Source: Opitutia bacterium (GTDB lineage Bacteria > Verrucomicrobiota > Verrucomicrobiia > Opitutales > Opitutaceae). From it: a DNA stretch of 64,000 nt. This document shows, piece after piece, positions 1-9,300 of the stretch. The position numbers and the translations under genes are program-made. The stretch's first letter is position 1; each line of letters begins with the position of its first letter. The notes under the pieces were generated by a model. The model saw only the letters and a list, made by a program, of their open reading frames with translations. It was not told where the DNA came from and searched no databases. The DNA is taken from the NCBI GenBank assembly GCA_947478395.1, contig CANJVR010000003.1:451421-515420 (forward strand), given 5' to 3'.

Positions 1-522
1 TTCGGCGTTAGCGACCGCCGCTTCCTTGGCTTGGACCTGAGCGCGGGTCGTGTCGCGCTTCGTCAGCAGCTGCGCGTACAGCTCTTTCGAGACAACCGCC
101 TGCTGGTCGAGCTGCTGGTAACGTTCCGCGTCGGCGGCCGCCCGCGCGGCTTCGGCCACGGCGTTGGCCAGATCAGCGCGCGCGATACGCAGGGAATTTT
201 CAAACGGACGCCGGTCGAGCGACACCAGCCGGTCGCCCGCGTTGACGTCGTCGCCTTCGCGGAAATGGACCTCGGCGATGACGCCGTCGACCTGCGACTT
301 CACGCTCACATTGCGCAGCGTCGCGACGGCTCCGATCGATTCGATCCGGCGCGGCATATCCAGTTGTTGCACGACGGCCACTTGTACCGGCACCGCGGGT
401 GCGGCGGTGGCTTTGGTGGGTGCAGCGGACGAAGCACCGCGGTTGCACCCGCCCAAAATCAAGGCGGCCACGAGCGAAGCGCCGGCAAAGGGAGCGAAGG
501 AAAAGCGAACGTGAGAGATCAT
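1..522 (-). CDS. RND efflux periplasmic adaptor (MFP, MdtA/AcrA-like) lipoprotein, 5' part only (runs off window)
   Basis: Manual minus-strand translation from ATG at 522: MISHVRFSFAPFAGASLVAALILGGCNRG (lipobox)...AVPVQVAVVQQLDMPRRIESIGAVATLRNVSVKSQVDGVIAEVHFREGDDVNAGDRLVSLDRRPFENSL, a classic MFP lipoyl-domain pattern. Absent from the ORF track because it is truncated. Confidence 0.88.
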   Translation of the reverse strand, partial: MISHVRFSFAPFAGASLVAALILGGCNRGASSAAPTKATAAPAVPVQVAVVQQLDMPRRIESIGAVATLRNVSVKSQVDGVIAEVHFREGDDVNAGDRLVSLDRRPFENSLRIARADLANAVAEAARAAADAERYQQLDQQAVVSKELYAQLLTKRDTTRAQVQAKEAAVANAE

Positions 523-1014
523 GGAGGAGCGGGGGCGAACGTGGGCCGCGGGAGACGCGGCCGATACGCCAAGTAGGCTGCGTTGATACAATGAGCGATC
601 AGCCGACGGCAAGCGGCGTCATGCAGTTTCAAAGCGATCGGCTGCCGGTTTCCGTTCTTCGCCCCCGCCACCCCGCGCGTCTGCGGCTGGGCTTCACAAA
701 GGAGACGTTTGGTTTCCCGATCGCGATCAACGCGCTCCGCGCGTTTTTTATCCCCGCCAATGAGAGTCGGCGCTTCGGACGTTCGAATGGCGCGGGACCA
801 CGCTGGCCTTCTGCCCTGCTTCGACCGGGTCTTTGGCGCGATCTACCTGCCGAAGTGCTATCTGGCGCGTTTTGGCATCGATGAGCCGATGGCGTAGGGC
901 GATTTTGGCCAGCCGGCCCAGTTGTTGCGAAAAAAATTCTGAGTGGTGGGCTAGGAGCCGCCGCTGCGGTTGCGGATTGTCACCGCGCCTCAAGCCACTA
1001 ACGGTTCAACCATC

Positions 1015-2223
1015 ATGCGCCTGACCGCCCGCCTCGTTTCCATTCTGGTTGTCCTGTCCCTAGCGCCGCTTTTTGCGGAAACCGCGGCCCAACCCGCGGA
1101 ACCCTCCCGGGCTACGCTCGAAACCCAATTGGCCGCCGCCAAGAGCGATCTGGCCACCGCTGAAGCTAAGCTCGCGACCACCGCGACGCAGACCGCCCGC
1201 CTCACCGCACTTGAAGCGGAGAGTGCTCGTGCGACGAAGCAGGTGGCCACGCTGCAGACGAAGCTCGATGAGGCGACGGCCGATCGCGTCCTCCTCAAAC
1301 AAAAACTGGCCGACGGCGCCCGCGCGCCCGCGCCGAAACCCGACGAATCAGCCCCTCAAATCGCCGCGCTGCAGGCGCAGGTGGCCTCACTCACCGCCGC
1401 GAAATCTGCGGCGGAACAAAAACTCGCCGCTTCGGAAGCCCGGGTTTCAGCATCCCCGGCCGTTCCAGCCGCTTCAGCCGACCGGGAAGAACTCAGCGCG
1501 GCCAACGCGAAACTCGAAAGCGTGCTGCATTCGTTTATGTTGGCGCAAAGCGAAAACGCCGGACTCAAGGCCGCGGTCGAAGTCGCGAAAAACGAGAGCA
1601 ACTCTCTTCGTCAGCAATTGGCCGATGCCCAAAGCAAGACCACGGCGCCCTCGGCTGCGTCCGCGGAAGATCCGGTCGCGCTCAAGCGTGAGTTGAATGA
1701 CACGGCGACAAAACTAAGTGTGGCCCTGCGTTCTTATGTGGTGATTGCCTCGGAGAACGACCGGCTGAAAGCCGACGCCGCGGCGCGCACGAATTCCTCC
1801 GCGCAGGCTGTGGCCGCGGTCGAGACGAAGGCCGCCGCCGCCGCGACCACGCAATCGACGCAACTGGCCGAACTGCGCGACCAGCTTCGCCAGGTCCAGG
1901 CGCAGTCCGCCGCGTACGCCGAGGATAATTTCCAGCTCCGCACCCGCCTGGCGTCCGCTGGCGGTGGGGCCGCGCCCAGCCGCGCGCCGGATCGCGTGAT
2001 GCCCACGGCCGTGCCGACGAGCGCGCCAGTTCCGTCAGCGGCGGCGCCGGTGGTCGAAACCGTTCAGCGCACCCACACGATCGCCGCCGGCGACACGTTG
2101 CAGGGTCTCGCCAAGAAATATTACGGCGACGCCGCCCGCTGGAACGAAATTCTCACCGCCAATAGTGATGTGCTCGGGGGCAAGCCCAACCTGGTGATCG
2201 GTCGTAAGCTGCGTATCCCGTGA
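1015..2223 (+). CDS. Secreted coiled-coil protein with C-terminal LysM peptidoglycan-binding domain
   Basis: Signal peptide, long Ala/Glu/Lys heptad region, C-terminal RTHTIAAGDTLQGLAKKYYGDAARWNEILTAN...LVIGRKLRIP (LysM). Confidence 0.85.
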   Translation: MRLTARLVSILVVLSLAPLFAETAAQPAEPSRATLETQLAAAKSDLATAEAKLATTATQTARLTALEAESARATKQVATLQTKLDEATADRVLLKQKLADGARAPAPKPDESAPQIAALQAQVASLTAAKSAAEQKLAASEARVSASPAVPAASADREELSAANAKLESVLHSFMLAQSENAGLKAAVEVAKNESNSLRQQLADAQSKTTAPSAASAEDPVALKRELNDTATKLSVALRSYVVIASENDRLKADAAARTNSSAQAVAAVETKAAAAATTQSTQLAELRDQLRQVQAQSAAYAEDNFQLRTRLASAGGGAAPSRAPDRVMPTAVPTSAPVPSAAAPVVETVQRTHTIAAGDTLQGLAKKYYGDAARWNEILTANSDVLGGKPNLVIGRKLRIP

Positions 2224-2253
2224 TTTTCGTTCGCCGACTCCGGAAGGCGTCGA

Positions 2254-3186
2254 TCAAAACGCGCCCACGATCACGATGAGGCTGACGAGTGATAACACGG
2301 TGCTGAGCACAATTGCTCCTGCCGCGATCCGCTCCTCGCCTTTGAGTTCCACTGCCACGGTGTAGGAGATCACGGCCGTGGGAGTGGCCATGAAGATCAT
2401 GAGGGCTTTCAACTCAATCCCGCGCAGTCCCCACGCGTGTCCCACCAACCAGCCCAGCGCCGGCGAAAGCATCGTTTTCACAAACGCCGCGGCCAACGGC
2501 GCCCGCCAGTGGTCACCCAGCTTAACGGTTACCAGCGAACCGCCCACGCTCAGCAAACCCAGCGGAAGGGCCATCTCGCCCAGCGCGGCAAAGGTCCGGT
2601 CTATGGCCAGCGGCAGATGCCAATCCATCAGGGCGCAGGTGATGCCTGCGACCGTCGCGACCAGCGGCGGGGTGGTGACGAGCTGTTTCAAGAACGGCTT
2701 GATCATGCGCCAGCCGAACGCGTGTTGGCTCACGAGGAGCACCGCGATTCCCGCCGTGTTGTAGAAAACCATCATCGGCGCCACGACGACGATGGCCGCG
2801 GCGCGCAGCGAGATGCCGCCGGCGAGCATTTCCTCCGGCATGGCGTAGATAATCGGCAGGCCGACGTAGGCGAGATTCCCGCGAAATGCACCCTGCACCA
2901 AGGTCCCCGCCGCGGACGCCGGCACTTTCAAGCTGCGCGCCACCAGGTAGCCCACGGCAATCACCGCGAATGTCGCTACCAGCATCGAAAGCAGCATCAC
3001 GCGGGCGGCGCCTCCGGTGTGAAACGAGCCCGCGAGCTGCGAAAATAAAAGCGCCGGTAGACCGAGCCAGTACGTCACCCGGTTTGCCTCCTTCAAAAAA
3101 TCCGCCGTAACGAATCGGGAGGATTGCAGGACCACCCCGATGGCGATCAGCAAAAAAACCGGCGCGAGGGTATTCAAAATAAGCAC
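2254..3186 (-). CDS. AEC (auxin efflux carrier) family membrane transporter
   Basis: About 10 TM segments; motifs PVFLLIAIG, LPALLF, RGNLAYVGLPI, MATPTA. GTG start chosen; exact start uncertain. Confidence 0.85.
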   Translation of the reverse strand: MLILNTLAPVFLLIAIGVVLQSSRFVTADFLKEANRVTYWLGLPALLFSQLAGSFHTGGAARVMLLSMLVATFAVIAVGYLVARSLKVPASAAGTLVQGAFRGNLAYVGLPIIYAMPEEMLAGGISLRAAAIVVVAPMMVFYNTAGIAVLLVSQHAFGWRMIKPFLKQLVTTPPLVATVAGITCALMDWHLPLAIDRTFAALGEMALPLGLLSVGGSLVTVKLGDHWRAPLAAAFVKTMLSPALGWLVGHAWGLRGIELKALMIFMATPTAVISYTVAVELKGEERIAAGAIVLSTVLSLVSLIVIVGAF

Positions 3187-3310
3187 CGCGCTAAAATCGC
3201 CTGCCGCGCCCCGCCCGCGCAAATTTATTTCCTCAAAGCCGTTCGCTCAACTGGCGCCCGGCAACACGTCCCACTTGCTCCGTCCTTCGCATTACTCTCT
3301 GCTCGTCCCG

Positions 3311-4189
3311 ATGTTTCCCTCTTCTACCTCCATCGCTTTCATCGGTACCGGTGTCATGGGCCGCAGTATGGCCGGTCACCTCCTGCGCGCGGGACACGCG
3401 CTGCACGTCTACAACCGCACGAAGGAAAAAGCCGCGGATCTTCTCGCGGCGGGTGCTCAATGGCATGACTCGGCGGGCCGCGCGGCGGCGGCCGCCGATG
3501 TGGTCATCACCATCGTCGGTTACCCGGCCGACGTCGAAGCCACGTACCTTTCCGATCACGGCGTCGTCGCGCAGGCTCGACCGGGCAGCGTGTTGATCGA
3601 CATGACCACCTCAAGCCCCTCGCTCGCTCGCCGCATCGCCGCCGCGGCCAGTGCGCGCGGTAGCGCAGCGTTGGATGCGCCGGTATCGGGCGGCGATATC
3701 GGCGCGAAAGAGGCTCGTCTCGTGATCATGGTCGGTGGTGATGAAGCGGCGTTTGCCCGCGTGCAGCCGCTGTTCGCCCTGATGGGGAAAAATATTATTC
3801 GCCACGGTGCTGCTGGCGCCGGTCAGCACTGCAAACTGGCTAATCAAGTCGCCATCGCCTCCGGCATGATGGCGTGGGTCGAGGCGTTGACTTACGCGCG
3901 CGCGGCGGGACTCGATCCGGCTCGCGTCCTCGAAAGCATCGGGGGCGGTGCGGCCAGCAGTTGGGCGATGGTCAACCTCGGGCCGCGTGCCCTCCGCGGG
4001 GATTTCGCACCAGGCTTTTATGTGAAACATTTTCTCAAGGACATGCGCCTCGCGCTTGAGTCCGCGGCCGAACTCAAGCTGGACCTGCCCGGTCTCGCCG
4101 CGGCGAAAAAACTCTATGACCGCGTTGCCGCCCAAGGCTGGGAAGATCTCGGCACCCAGGCGCTTTATCGGCTCTACACCGAGTCTTGA
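3311..4189 (+). CDS. NAD(P)-dependent beta-hydroxyacid dehydrogenase (3-hydroxyisobutyrate/tartronate semialdehyde reductase family)
   Basis: IAFIGTGVMGRSMA Rossmann motif, DAPVSGGDIGA, GAGQHCKLANQ, FYVKHFLKDM. Confidence 0.92.
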   Translation: MFPSSTSIAFIGTGVMGRSMAGHLLRAGHALHVYNRTKEKAADLLAAGAQWHDSAGRAAAAADVVITIVGYPADVEATYLSDHGVVAQARPGSVLIDMTTSSPSLARRIAAAASARGSAALDAPVSGGDIGAKEARLVIMVGGDEAAFARVQPLFALMGKNIIRHGAAGAGQHCKLANQVAIASGMMAWVEALTYARAAGLDPARVLESIGGGAASSWAMVNLGPRALRGDFAPGFYVKHFLKDMRLALESAAELKLDLPGLAAAKKLYDRVAAQGWEDLGTQALYRLYTES

Positions 4190-4251
4190 TGGGGCCGCCC
4201 GCCGCGTCGCCCAAGCGCCCGTCCCATGGGGCCTATCCGTCCGATCGAATC

Positions 4252-5772
4252 TCAGCCCAGCGCCTCGGCCAGAGTAGCAATAATATCGTCCGGATCTTCG
4301 CAGCCCACGCAGAGCCGCAGCAGATCGGGATCGAGTTTGCTCGCGGCGAGCTCGGCGAGGCCGGCGGGCGTCGTGACGAGATCGTAGTGCGCGAGGTACA
4401 TGAAGGGACAGATCAACGTGGTCTTCATGCCGAAGCTCGGGCCTTTCGGCAGCCGCAGCCGATCGTAGAAATTTTCCAGCGCACCCAGTTTTTTGAGCGT
4501 GAACGTGATCATGCCGCCCGTGGCGTCGGGCCGATGGGCGATCCGGCTAAAATTTTTCTCGGAGCGGGCGTGGCGCGCCCAGAACACGTCTTTCACCGCC
4601 GGGTGACTTTCTAAAAATGAGACAACTTTGGCCGTACTGGCGTTGATCGTTTTCAGGACTTCGTCCACCTGTCCAATCTCGGCGGCAAGGCGCGAAAGGT
4701 CGCGCGAGTAAACCGGTTCGAGGGTGGCGGCAATCAGGCGTCGTAGCTCGACGGCATCGGGCCCGGCGGGATTGACCGCGACAAAACCGGCCATGACGTC
4801 GCCCTCGCTGGCGGCGTATTTCGTGAGACTCGAAGTGATGACGTCGGCATACGAAAGTACATCGAGATTGAACACCGACGCGGTCGTGGGATCGAGGATC
4901 AGGTGCACGCCATGGCTCCGGCAGAGATCGGAGAGCGCGCGGAGGTCGGGAGTTTGAAAGAGCGGGTTCGTCGGAACCTCGGTGACAAGCCCGGCGATGC
5001 GGTGGCCGTGGCGGGCGAAAATACGCTCGAGCGCCTCGAGGTCGAACACGTCGCGCGCGTAGACGTAGTCCGCCGGCGTCGCGGTGAATTTTTTCAGGAT
5101 TTCGATCGTATCGAGGTAAAGCCAGCCGAGTTGAACCCACACGGTGCGACCGCGCGGGGCTTGCACCTGGCTCACGGCGCTAAAGGCCGCCTTTACGGCG
5201 TTCATGCCGGAGTTCGCGATCAGGAGGTCCGCCTCGCTCGTGGCGGGCAACGCGCGGTGGAGATGCCGGCGGATTTCTGCCGCGGCATCGCCGGCGAAAT
5301 TTTCCTCGGGGTGAAGCGTGGCGATCAGGCCGGCGCGAAGCAGATGATCTTCGGCTTCGCGCGACGAAATGAAGCCGCCGATATTTTGGAGGAAAACTTT
5401 GGCGCGAGCACCCGTGGCCGCGTCGGCGGCAAGATGAGTTACCCCATGCAACGCGTCGCGGATGAAGATCTCGGCCGAGCCCGACTTTTTAACGTTGAGG
5501 TGGGTAGCGAGCTGCTCCGCCATGGGCGCGGAGGTGACCAGCCACAGGGTGCGATCGGCGAGCGCTGGCTCCGTGGCGACGGTGTGCGCCGCAAGTTGCC
5601 GGGCGAACGGATGAACGACAAAGCGCGGATAACCCGACGTGAGATGGCGCGTGACGGCCGGATCTTTTTCCTCGTAGCCACGGACATCGCGCATCGTGGG
5701 CAGGCTGCAAGATACGGCGTGCGGGGACGCGGGAATCGTTTGGCCGAGGGGAAGGTGGGCGAAGGCAGACAT
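4252..5772 (-). CDS. PLP-dependent Cys/Met metabolism enzyme (cystathionine gamma-synthase-like, long form)
   Basis: SGMNA, EVPTNPL, SSLTKYA (PLP lysine), KGPSFG, LLRLCVGCED. Confidence 0.85.
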   Translation of the reverse strand: MSAFAHLPLGQTIPASPHAVSCSLPTMRDVRGYEEKDPAVTRHLTSGYPRFVVHPFARQLAAHTVATEPALADRTLWLVTSAPMAEQLATHLNVKKSGSAEIFIRDALHGVTHLAADAATGARAKVFLQNIGGFISSREAEDHLLRAGLIATLHPEENFAGDAAAEIRRHLHRALPATSEADLLIANSGMNAVKAAFSAVSQVQAPRGRTVWVQLGWLYLDTIEILKKFTATPADYVYARDVFDLEALERIFARHGHRIAGLVTEVPTNPLFQTPDLRALSDLCRSHGVHLILDPTTASVFNLDVLSYADVITSSLTKYAASEGDVMAGFVAVNPAGPDAVELRRLIAATLEPVYSRDLSRLAAEIGQVDEVLKTINASTAKVVSFLESHPAVKDVFWARHARSEKNFSRIAHRPDATGGMITFTLKKLGALENFYDRLRLPKGPSFGMKTTLICPFMYLAHYDLVTTPAGLAELAASKLDPDLLRLCVGCEDPDDIIATLAEALG

Positions 5773-6220
5773 GGGCACGGGCGGGGGCGCAACTTCGCCG
5801 TTTCAATCCCGCTTGGCAATCGGAACGTGGGCGATCTTGGGGCGTGAGCCCGACCGCCGCGCGCTACGCCGGATGGATGGCATTCTTTTGGTGGGCGAGT
5901 TGGGTAAGTTGGTCGCGTGGTGTGACGCGATAGTTGGCCGACGAAACGGAGACCGGCGCGGGGCCTTTCAAGTCGGCGGTGGACTGGCGACGCCGACAGC
6001 CCTCAGGACGGAGGTGACGGCGATAAGCGGCCACGGAATGAATTTCACGTTGGGTGAGACGTTGATCTCGGGTTCGGCTGAGGGGAAGCGCGGCGGGCCG
6101 GAATTTTGGGCCCCGCAATGTTGGGTGCCTGGGCGGCGGGTGCGCAGGGCGGTTGGCCGGAGAACGCGCGGCGGTGCGAATCCGTTTGCGACGGCGCGGA
6201 GGGTGGCGTTGAAACGCGCG

Positions 6221-6982
6221 ATGAAACTTGTGTCGTGGAATGTGAACGGCGTGCGCGCGGTGTTGAAGAAGGGCTTTCTGGATTACATGGCGAAGGTGGA
6301 TGCGGACGTGATTTGCCTGCAGGAAACGAAGGCGCACCCGGGCGACGTGCAGCACGTGGCTTGGACAACCGGCTACACGCCGCACTGGTATTCCGCCGTA
6401 AAGAAAGGCTACTCCGGCACGGTGATTTTCACCCGCGTGCCGCCGAAAAATGTGACATGCGGGATCGGTATGGCGGGACACGACGACGAAGGCCGCGTGA
6501 TCACGGCGGAGTTCGAAGCCTTTTATCTGGTGAACGTTTACCAGCCCAACTCGCAGCGTGGTCTCACGCGATTGGAGTATCGCGCTAAGGAATGGGATCC
6601 GGCGTTCCTCGCGTTTTTAAAAAGGCTGGAAAAAAAGAAGCCGGTGATTTTTTGCGGCGATCTCAACGTCGCGCACACCGAGATCGACCTCACGAATCCG
6701 AAGACTAACCGGCGCAACGCCGGATTCACGGAGGAGGAGCGGGAGAATTTCTCCAAGGTGCTGGCCGCCGGTTTCGTCGACACGTTTCGCGAATTTGAAA
6801 AAGGACCGGGCCATTATTCATGGTGGAGCCAGATGATGAATTGTCGCGCGAGGAACATCGGCTGGCGCGTCGATTATTTCGTGGCCTCGGAGCAGCTGCG
6901 CTCGAAATTGAAACGCGCGTGGATCTCGCCGGAGGTGATGGGCAGCGACCATTGTCCGGTGGGATTGGAGATCGCGGGGTGA
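6221..6982 (+). CDS. xth: Exodeoxyribonuclease III / AP endonuclease
   Basis: MKLVSWNVNGVRA, LQETK, GYSGT, GDLNVAH, GWRVDY, GSDHCPV. Confidence 0.96.
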   Translation: MKLVSWNVNGVRAVLKKGFLDYMAKVDADVICLQETKAHPGDVQHVAWTTGYTPHWYSAVKKGYSGTVIFTRVPPKNVTCGIGMAGHDDEGRVITAEFEAFYLVNVYQPNSQRGLTRLEYRAKEWDPAFLAFLKRLEKKKPVIFCGDLNVAHTEIDLTNPKTNRRNAGFTEEERENFSKVLAAGFVDTFREFEKGPGHYSWWSQMMNCRARNIGWRVDYFVASEQLRSKLKRAWISPEVMGSDHCPVGLEIAG

Positions 6983-7479
6983 GCCTGATGAGCGCGCCCC
7001 TGAAAGTCCTGTTGCTCCGTGCGCCGAAGCTCACGCTGGCGGTGGCGGAGAGTTTGACGGCGGGCCACGTGCAGGCGCGGGTGGCGAGCGGGTCGGGTGC
7101 CTCCGAATTTTTCCTCGGCGGAGTGACGGCGTATTCGATCGAGCAGAAAGTGAAACTGCTGGGCGTGGATCGTGCGGAAGCGGCGCGGGTGAATTGCGTC
7201 TCGGCGGCCGTAGCGGAGCAGATGGCGCGCGGGGTCTGTGCGCTTTTCGGCGCGGATGTCGGCCTTGCTACGACCGGCTATGCGGAGCCCAATCCGGCGG
7301 AGGGCGTCGCGACGCCGATGGCCTGGTGGGCCGTGGCGCACCGCTTGGACTCAGGATTATTTGCGGTGCGGACGGGACGGGTGGAGTTCCCGGCCGCCGC
7401 CCGAGTCGAAGCGCAACAACGCGTGGCTGACGAGGCAGTGGCCGCGCTGGTGGAGTATTTGCGAGCGCTGCGCGGCTGA
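6979..7479 (+). CDS. CinA C-terminal domain / nicotinamide-nucleotide amidohydrolase (PncC-like)
   Basis: LAVAESLTAG, SGASEFFLGGVTAYS, VSAAVAEQMARG, ATTGYA. GTG start overlaps the xth TGA; alternative ATG at 6988. Confidence 0.9.
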   Translation: MSLMSAPLKVLLLRAPKLTLAVAESLTAGHVQARVASGSGASEFFLGGVTAYSIEQKVKLLGVDRAEAARVNCVSAAVAEQMARGVCALFGADVGLATTGYAEPNPAEGVATPMAWWAVAHRLDSGLFAVRTGRVEFPAAARVEAQQRVADEAVAALVEYLRALRG

Positions 7480-7517
7480 ATCGGGCGGACCACGCGCGGA
7501 ACGACTGGCGCGGGTAG

Positions 7518-7928
7518 TTACGTCAGCGAATTCTGAAAAAACTCGACCACTTCGCCGCTCGGGCCTTCGCAGAAAAAGATGCGGATCGGCACCGGTGCGT
7601 GGGCGTTGGTCGTCGCGATAGTCGCGTCCTTTGGCTCCATCGTGATTTTCGCTCCGGTCGCGCGGACCCGGGCGGCGACCTCGTCGAGCTGGTGGGTGCG
7701 GAGGGCGAAGTGGATCACCGCGCCGTTGGGAGCCGGCGTGTAGGTGAGGTCCTCGAAAACCTCGAGATAGTTGCCGTCACCCGCATCGAGCATGACTGCG
7801 CGCTGGGGCGCGGCGCGCCAGGCGATTTTTTCGGTGAAGCCCAAGGTATCGCAATAAAAGGCGCGGGTGCGCTCCCAGTCGCGGGTTTTAATGCAGACGT
7901 GATGAAAACCGGAGATCAGCGCGCTCAT
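7518..7928 (-). CDS. VOC/glyoxalase family protein
   Basis: GFHHVCI...FYCDTLGF, YLEVF, HFAL, FFCEGPSGEVVEF metal-ligand pattern. Confidence 0.88.
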   Translation of the reverse strand: MSALISGFHHVCIKTRDWERTRAFYCDTLGFTEKIAWRAAPQRAVMLDAGDGNYLEVFEDLTYTPAPNGAVIHFALRTHQLDEVAARVRATGAKITMEPKDATIATTNAHAPVPIRIFFCEGPSGEVVEFFQNSLT

Positions 7929-8067
7929 GGATGGAGGGGCTAGTTGAAGCCGGAAAGTTTCAGTTGGAAGTCTGAAGTCACCGCGGCAGCCAGCTATCGG
8001 TGCGGGGCTCTTCTAACCGGTGCCTCAACGTAATCTTCGAACTTCAACTCGCGCGGAACGCCGCGCG

Positions 8068-8751
8068 TCAGGGCGCGATTTTCTGCACAAAATCGATCAA
8101 GGGCTGCACTTCCGCCACCGGCGCGACCCAATCGCTGTAGAGCAGCTCGGGCAAGGTGTACTGCGTGTGATAAAGCGCGAAGTTGGCCTCGTCGTTGCGC
8201 GAGATGTAGCCGGCCTTGATCGTGGCGCCGGCGAATACGCCCGCGGACCGCGTGTACACCAGCACGGGAGCGTCGATGACTTTGTAGTCGGGGTTTACGG
8301 CCTCCGCCACCTTGGGCCCGATCACGGCCTTGGCATCGACGCCCAAACGGAAGCGTTGTTTAAAAAGGAGCCGAGGTGTGGTGTCGTCGGTGATGACGTA
8401 GATCGTTTCGACGGACGACGCACCAAATTGCAGGCCAAAGCTGGCTTCGCCGGCGGAGATCAACACGGGCAGGCTCCACTTACCGGACGGTTTTTTCACC
8501 ATGATCACGCCATATCCGTCCTTCACGCCCAGGATAAGACCGGCCTTGAACTGGTTGACGATCACGAGGGCTTTGGCTTTGGCGAGGACGTTAGCGGGAA
8601 CCGCGATGCGGGGATCGCGTTGAAATTCCTGCAGCACAGCTTCGCAGGACCCGACGTATTTCACGAGATCATCACGATTCAACGCCGCCGAGAGCTGGGC
8701 GGCGCTGGCGCTGAAAAACGCGACGAGAAGCGGAAGAAAAAGTTTTTTCAT
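8068..8751 (-). CDS. Secreted lipid-binding SYLF (Ysc84) domain protein
   Basis: Signal peptide MKKLFLPLL; KAGLILGVKDGYGV, WSLP, ASFGLQFG, YTRSAGVFAG. Confidence 0.85.
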   Translation of the reverse strand: MKKLFLPLLVAFFSASAAQLSAALNRDDLVKYVGSCEAVLQEFQRDPRIAVPANVLAKAKALVIVNQFKAGLILGVKDGYGVIMVKKPSGKWSLPVLISAGEASFGLQFGASSVETIYVITDDTTPRLLFKQRFRLGVDAKAVIGPKVAEAVNPDYKVIDAPVLVYTRSAGVFAGATIKAGYISRNDEANFALYHTQYTLPELLYSDWVAPVAEVQPLIDFVQKIAP

Positions 8752-8912
8752 ACGGAGGAAAAAGGCTGAATGAAGTGGGACGTAAGCATGCTGGATTAGA
8801 ATTGGAAAGCGCGGAGTGAGGCACGGCTGCGGTGGTAAAATCGCAAGCGACCAGACTTCCAAACTGGCCAAAGGTGCCCCCGCGATGACCGCGGCGCGGC
8901 CGGGACGGGAAT

Positions 8913-9284
8913 CTAATCTAGCCCGCGCGCGGTCAGCTCGTCCTCGTCCCAGCCGAAATAGTGCCCGAGCTCGTGCAGGTAAGTCAGCCGGACCTCCTCC
9001 CGGAAAATGCCCAGATCCCCTTCGGCGTAGTCCCAGAGATTTTCGAGATAGAGGATGATGCGCGGTGGTGCGGGCTGATCGCTGGCGAACTCGGAGCCGT
9101 GGGGATCGCCGCTGAAAAGCCCGAGGATGTCGTCGGGAAATCCCTCGGCGAGGATATCATCCTCGGGCAATCCTTCGTAATGCACCGGCACGGCGACGGC
9201 CAGCGGGCGCAATTCATCTGGAAGCGAACGTTGAGTCGCGCCGACGGTTTCGGCCGCAAGGACGGTGAGTCGGGCGAGAGTCAT
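8913..9284 (-). CDS. Minimal zincin metallopeptidase (Zincin_1/DUF1025-like)
   Basis: ILGLFSG, RIILY, EVRLTYLHELGHYFGWDEDELTARGL (HExxH). Confidence 0.88.
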   Translation of the reverse strand: MTLARLTVLAAETVGATQRSLPDELRPLAVAVPVHYEGLPEDDILAEGFPDDILGLFSGDPHGSEFASDQPAPPRIILYLENLWDYAEGDLGIFREEVRLTYLHELGHYFGWDEDELTARGLD

Positions 9285-9300
9285 CGGCGTGCGGGCGGGG

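Noticed and set aside
31..576. 181-aa plus-strand ORF
   Set aside because: Antisense to the truncated RND adaptor gene on the minus strand.
5696..6220. 175-aa N-terminal extension of xth
   Set aside because: The canonical ExoIII N-terminus MKLVSWNVNG starts at 6221; the extension overlaps the divergent gene.
7942..8049. Imperfect AGTTGAAG.../...CTTCAACT inverted repeats
   Set aside because: Short, degenerate and single-copy here; no supportable function.
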